From an uncultured Bacilli bacterium (GTDB lineage Bacteria; Bacillota_I; Bacilli_A; RF39; UBA660): 64,000 nt of DNA. The stretch spans positions 53,411 through 117,410 of the forward strand of contig CAKPOS010000003.1 in assembly GCA_934176955.1 (NCBI GenBank). Reading direction: 5' to 3'. Under the pieces are notes generated by a model. The model had not been told where the DNA came from. It worked only from the letters and a program-made list of their open reading frames with translations, and did not search any database. A program made the translations under genes and the position numbers. Shown here one piece after another: positions 60,157-64,000 of this stretch. The first letter of the stretch is position 1, and every line of letters begins with the position of its first letter.

Positions 60157-61636
60157 CAAAAGACCACTAATTATTGTGAGCATCATCATCATCTTAATGA
60201 TATGTGCTGCTTTTACATCAAGAAGTTTTCAAAATGACACATTTTATACCATTAAAGTAGGGGAATCTATTGTCAAAAATGGAATAGATATGAAAGATCA
60301 TTTTTCTATTCACAAATTAGCGTATACTTATCCGCATTGGCTATATGATGTTATCACCTATAAACTATATCAACTAGGAGGATTAGAAGGATTATATCAA
60401 TGTACAATACTGATTTTTATGATTATTGGTATTATTTTCTATTTGATGAATATTAAGAAAAATAAAAGTTATTTTGTTAGCTTATTGTTTAGTATTTTAG
60501 CTATGATTATGCTAGCAAGATTTGTAACAGCAAGAGCACAACTCATTACCTATTTACTATTTTTAATTGAAATTATCTTCATCGAAAATCTGCTACAAGA
60601 TGGGAAAAAATGGAATCTGATAGGTTTATTCCTAATCAGTATTTTAATCGCCAATCTTCATGCAGCAGTATGGCCATTTTACTTCATTTTAATGCTACCA
60701 TATTTATTTGAGTATCTAATAACAAAAATAGTTAGCAAAATAAAAAATAAACCTAAACTAGGTATCTTTGAAAAGAAAATAGACCTTGTCCAAAATAAAA
60801 ATATTAAATATTTGGGATTCATTTTTCTAATTAGTTTACCTCTAGGATTATTAACACCAATTGGGGATGTTCCTTATACTTACTTTATTAAAATTTTACA
60901 AGGAAACACTATGCAATATATCAATGAACATAAACCATTAGTATTAATTGAAAACTTCTTTGTTATCGGCTATCTTTTCATCTTACTGATTCCTTTAATT
61001 TTCACTAAAGTAAAAATTCGTCTTTCTGATTTAATCATGATATTAGGCTTATTATTCATGTCATTTTTATCCGTAAGACATATTGCCTTATTAGCAGTAG
61101 TAGGAATGTTTTATTTATGTCGTTTAATCTCTAATATCGGCTTAATCAACAGCAAAAAAACATTAGATTTTGAATTGCCTTGGTATAGTGTCTTTATCGT
61201 TTTAGTAACGATTATCATTACATCAGGAATTGTTTATAACATTAATAGAAAAGAAGAGTTTATTGATACCAATACTTATCCTGTAACAATGGTAGATTAC
61301 ATGAAAAAAAATCTAGATATGAAAAAAGTCAAACTTTATAATGAATATGATTTTGGTAGCTATCTAATTTATCAAGACATTAAAGTATTTGTTGATTCAA
61401 GAAGTGATTTATATACTAAACCATTCAATCATCAAACCGATATCTTTAATGAATCGATGAAAATCACGGAAAAATATGGTAGAGTATTTCAAAAATATGG
61501 AATTACCCATATCTTAATTTATAAAGATACTGACTTAAATCAAATTTTAGCCGCATCACCAAATTATAAACTTCTTCATAAAGAGGGAAGATTCATGCTA
61601 TATGAATATACGGTTAATGTTGAAAAGGAAGCATAA
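60146..61636 (+). CDS. polytopic membrane protein, possibly a GT-C-type glycosyltransferase
   Basis: About 11 TM helices plus a C-terminal soluble domain. The context is a nucleotidyltransferase and a GT2. No motif is certain. Confidence 0.35.
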   Translation: MKNNKRPLIIVSIIIILMICAAFTSRSFQNDTFYTIKVGESIVKNGIDMKDHFSIHKLAYTYPHWLYDVITYKLYQLGGLEGLYQCTILIFMIIGIIFYLMNIKKNKSYFVSLLFSILAMIMLARFVTARAQLITYLLFLIEIIFIENLLQDGKKWNLIGLFLISILIANLHAAVWPFYFILMLPYLFEYLITKIVSKIKNKPKLGIFEKKIDLVQNKNIKYLGFIFLISLPLGLLTPIGDVPYTYFIKILQGNTMQYINEHKPLVLIENFFVIGYLFILLIPLIFTKVKIRLSDLIMILGLLFMSFLSVRHIALLAVVGMFYLCRLISNIGLINSKKTLDFELPWYSVFIVLVTIIITSGIVYNINRKEEFIDTNTYPVTMVDYMKKNLDMKKVKLYNEYDFGSYLIYQDIKVFVDSRSDLYTKPFNHQTDIFNESMKITEKYGRVFQKYGITHILIYKDTDLNQILAASPNYKLLHKEGRFMLYEYTVNVEKEA

Positions 61637-61638
61637 TA

Positions 61639-61884
61639 CTATTGCTTCTTTTTTAAACACATCATTTGGGCAAATTTCTCATAAACGTTATATAAATGTG
61701 CAAAAGTTGTTTCTTCTTCCTCTAACAAAAAATTATATTTCTCATTCCATTTTTCTTTATCTTGAAAAGAAAATCCATACTCTTTAAGTGTAGCATGATG
61801 TTCTTTTTCTAAAGCAATTCTCTTTAATTTTAATTCTAAAAGTTTGATTTTTGTCACAAAGTATTCATAATCATATTTGTTCAT
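61639..61884 (-). CDS. hypothetical small helical protein
   Basis: GAGGTGG RBS before ATG 61884; the track start is 61926. Confidence 0.4.
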   Translation of the reverse strand: MNKYDYEYFVTKIKLLELKLKRIALEKEHHATLKEYGFSFQDKEKWNEKYNFLLEEEETTFAHLYNVYEKFAQMMCLKKKQ

Positions 61885-62066
61885 ATTTGTACCACCTCTA
61901 TTAAATTTCTTACCTAATTTTAACATAAATAAAAAAAATTTAAGATTAGTCTAGCTGAAAGTTAATTTTAAGAACGGAGAAGTGAAAAGTTTAACTAGAG
62001 GTTAGTTTACTATCACAAATAAAAAAATTGGCGTATAATAAAAATACTGTTAAGGAAGTGATATCG

Positions 62067-63092
62067 TTGAATAAGAATAAAGTAAGTATTATTATTCCTG
62101 TATACAACGGAGAACGATACTTAAAAAATTGTTTAGATTCATTAATTCATCAATCATTAAAAGAAATCGAAATTATTGCCATTGATGATGCATCAACAGA
62201 TCATTCATTTTCTATATTAAAGGAGTATTCCAGGAAAAGTTCTAAAATAAAAATTTATCAAAATCTAAAAAATCTCGGTACTGGGGCAACAAGAAATAGG
62301 GGATTAGCGCTTGCTGATGGAGAATATATTGGTTTTGTCGACTGTGATGATTATGTTAGTAAAACAATGTATCAAGTAATGTATGAATTAGCTAAAGAAA
62401 ATAAGTCACCAGATATCATTGAAACAAAAATAATGTTCGTTAAAGATAATTGTTATTTAAATCAAGATTTATCTTATTTATTTAACAAAGGGAATCAATT
62501 AATTCAAAAAAAAACTAAAATTACAGAGTTACCCAATTTAAGTCCATCTGTTTGTAATAAAATTTTTAAAAAATCCTTTTTAAAAGGAAAAAAATTTATC
62601 GAAAACTGTAAATGGGAAGACATTTTATTTACCACTGTATCAGGAATCAAAGCCAAAAGTATTTTAGAAGTAAGAAGTAGTGATTATTTTTATCGAAGAG
62701 ATATTTCAAGGGGAGTTTCTTCAATCAATTATCAACCTAACGATAAAATTTTAGATATTTTTAAAATTACAGATGGAATCATGAATTCCGTTCACTTTAT
62801 CCAAAAGAAAAAGTATCAAGAATCTTTGAAGATGATTTGCTTTGCTGCTATTTTTAAAAGAGTAGAAGAATTGGAACACTGGAATATTAGCAAGCAAAAA
62901 ATTAACGAAATAAAAAAACTAATCTATCAATTGGCCTATCAGAAGTATGGCAATCTTAAAAATATTGATTTTAATCTCTTTAGTGCCATGGCAAAAGAAG
63001 ACATTACCAAAGAGTATATTCAACTTGCCAATGAACAAGAAAACTTAAGTCAGCATAACTGTAAAGTTAGAAAAAAAGGGAGAAAGAATTGA
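62067..63092 (+). CDS. family 2 glycosyltransferase
   Basis: VSIIIPVYNGERYL...IAIDDASTD...FVDCDD motifs. AAGGAAG RBS lies 8 nt before TTG 62067, and a TATAAT sits at 62034-62039 inside the track's longer ORF. Confidence 0.85.
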   Translation: MNKNKVSIIIPVYNGERYLKNCLDSLIHQSLKEIEIIAIDDASTDHSFSILKEYSRKSSKIKIYQNLKNLGTGATRNRGLALADGEYIGFVDCDDYVSKTMYQVMYELAKENKSPDIIETKIMFVKDNCYLNQDLSYLFNKGNQLIQKKTKITELPNLSPSVCNKIFKKSFLKGKKFIENCKWEDILFTTVSGIKAKSILEVRSSDYFYRRDISRGVSSINYQPNDKILDIFKITDGIMNSVHFIQKKKYQESLKMICFAAIFKRVEELEHWNISKQKINEIKKLIYQLAYQKYGNLKNIDFNLFSAMAKEDITKEYIQLANEQENLSQHNCKVRKKGRKN

Positions 63093-63154
63093 CAAGTGAA
63101 TTTAAAAATTCATATAATGGAGATAGATAAAATTTAAAGGAAAGAAGGGAGAAA

Positions 63155-63736
63155 ATGGGCAAAAATAAATTACAAAAAATTTTTAATATCATTACCTTAA
63201 TTACAACTGTACTATTAATTGCTTTTATTATTTATGCCTTTAAATTAGGACTATTAGAAGATAAGAATATTCTTATTCAATATATGAAAAAATTTGGAAT
63301 ATTTGCGGGTTTATTCTTCATTCTTTTACAAATTGCTCAAGTTGTATTTCCGGTTATTCCAGGAGGGGCAAGTTGTTTAGCTGGTGTTTTAGCATTTGGA
63401 CCAGTATTAGGATTTATTTATAATTATATTGGACTTGCCTTAGGTTCATTAATTGCCTTTCTTCTTTCTAGAATTTATGGAATAAAAATAGTAGAAAAAT
63501 TCTTCCCTGAAGAAACAATTAATAAGTATTTAAAGTATATCCAAAATAATCGATTTACCTCTATCTTCTTTTGGGGAATTTTTTTACCAGGACTTCCAGA
63601 TGATTTATTATGTTATATAGCAGGATTAAGTAAAATGAGATTAAAAACTTTTATCTTAATTATTTTGATTGGAAAACCTTTTGCCTTAATTTTTTATAGT
63701 TTATTTTCTTATTATCTACCAGCACTTTCCGATTGA
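63155..63736 (+). CDS. TVP38/TMEM64 (DedA-related) family membrane protein
   Basis: VFPVIPGG motif and 5 TM helices. Confidence 0.6.
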   Translation: MGKNKLQKIFNIITLITTVLLIAFIIYAFKLGLLEDKNILIQYMKKFGIFAGLFFILLQIAQVVFPVIPGGASCLAGVLAFGPVLGFIYNYIGLALGSLIAFLLSRIYGIKIVEKFFPEETINKYLKYIQNNRFTSIFFWGIFLPGLPDDLLCYIAGLSKMRLKTFILIILIGKPFALIFYSLFSYYLPALSD

Positions 63737-63787
63737 CAAAGTGTTTTTCTTTTTGTATGATAAATATCATGAAAGAAGGATGAAATT

Positions 63788-64000
63788 ATGTCATGCAGTT
63801 ATTACCAATTTCATGAGGGAATATTTAGTGGAGACTATTGGTGCAATAAAACAAACCAAAGAGTAGCAGAAGCAGAGTATTATAAATATTGCCGTGATTA
63901 TAACTATAACGAATGTCCAATCTATCGAAAAGAAGAATCAAGTGGTTGTTTTATCACAACGGTTTGCTGTCAAATTTTAGGATTAAATGATCACGATTTA
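63788..64000 (+). CDS. Cys-rich hypothetical protein, N-terminal fragment (runs off the window)
   Basis: My translation: MSCSYYQFHEGIFSGDYWCNKTNQRVAEAEYYKYCRDYNYNECPIYRKEESSGCFITTVCCQILGLNDHDL. An RBS is present. Confidence 0.5.
   Translation, partial: MSCSYYQFHEGIFSGDYWCNKTNQRVAEAEYYKYCRDYNYNECPIYRKEESSGCFITTVCCQILGLNDHDL

Noticed and set aside
61602-61787. + strand 61-aa ORF overlapping the end of the 60146 gene and the minus-strand small gene
   Set aside because: It is an out-of-frame overlap with two better-supported ORFs.

Overview
The window is a low-GC (roughly 30% by eye) Bacillota chromosome segment. It is probably from a spore-forming Erysipelotrichia or other Mollicutes-related lineage. 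That guess rests on spoIIGA-sigE, Cse60 and YjcZ-like genes together with an N-domain-less ClpB under a CIRCE operator. Most of the window is + strand housekeeping: rubrerythrin 3' end, spoIIGA-sigE, lon, rnhB, def, uppP, tRNA-Thr, hrcA-grpE-dnaK-dnaJ, mreCD, alaS, clpB, sortase and glmS with its ribozyme. It continues with an RluA-type synthase, lepA, an RNB nuclease, miaB-ricA, rimM-trmD, murC, rsmE and a small glycosylation cluster.

Two regions stand out.

(1) Accessory segment at 8.7-14.8 kb, between tRNA-Thr and hrcA. It ends in an 871-aa surface protein made of three tandem ~220-aa Cys-rich modules. Each module carries a GC/CpG-rich hypervariable block whose NNC-type codons and adenine-linked differences resemble a DGR target. 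The gene is preceded by a T17 tract that fills a promoter spacer, a 484-bp segment bounded by 21-bp inverted repeats, and an in-frame A23 tract in a small ORF. Together these suggest a stacked phase- and antigenic-variation locus.

(2) A 1,488-aa orphan protein at 34087-38553. It combines about 16 copies of a 26-aa helical repeat, a large unrecognised centre, a Pol-beta-type nucleotidyltransferase signature and a C-terminal membrane anchor.

No CRISPR array, integrase, transposase or rRNA was seen. All coordinates and motif calls were made by hand from the sequence and the ORF track, and no database search was run.
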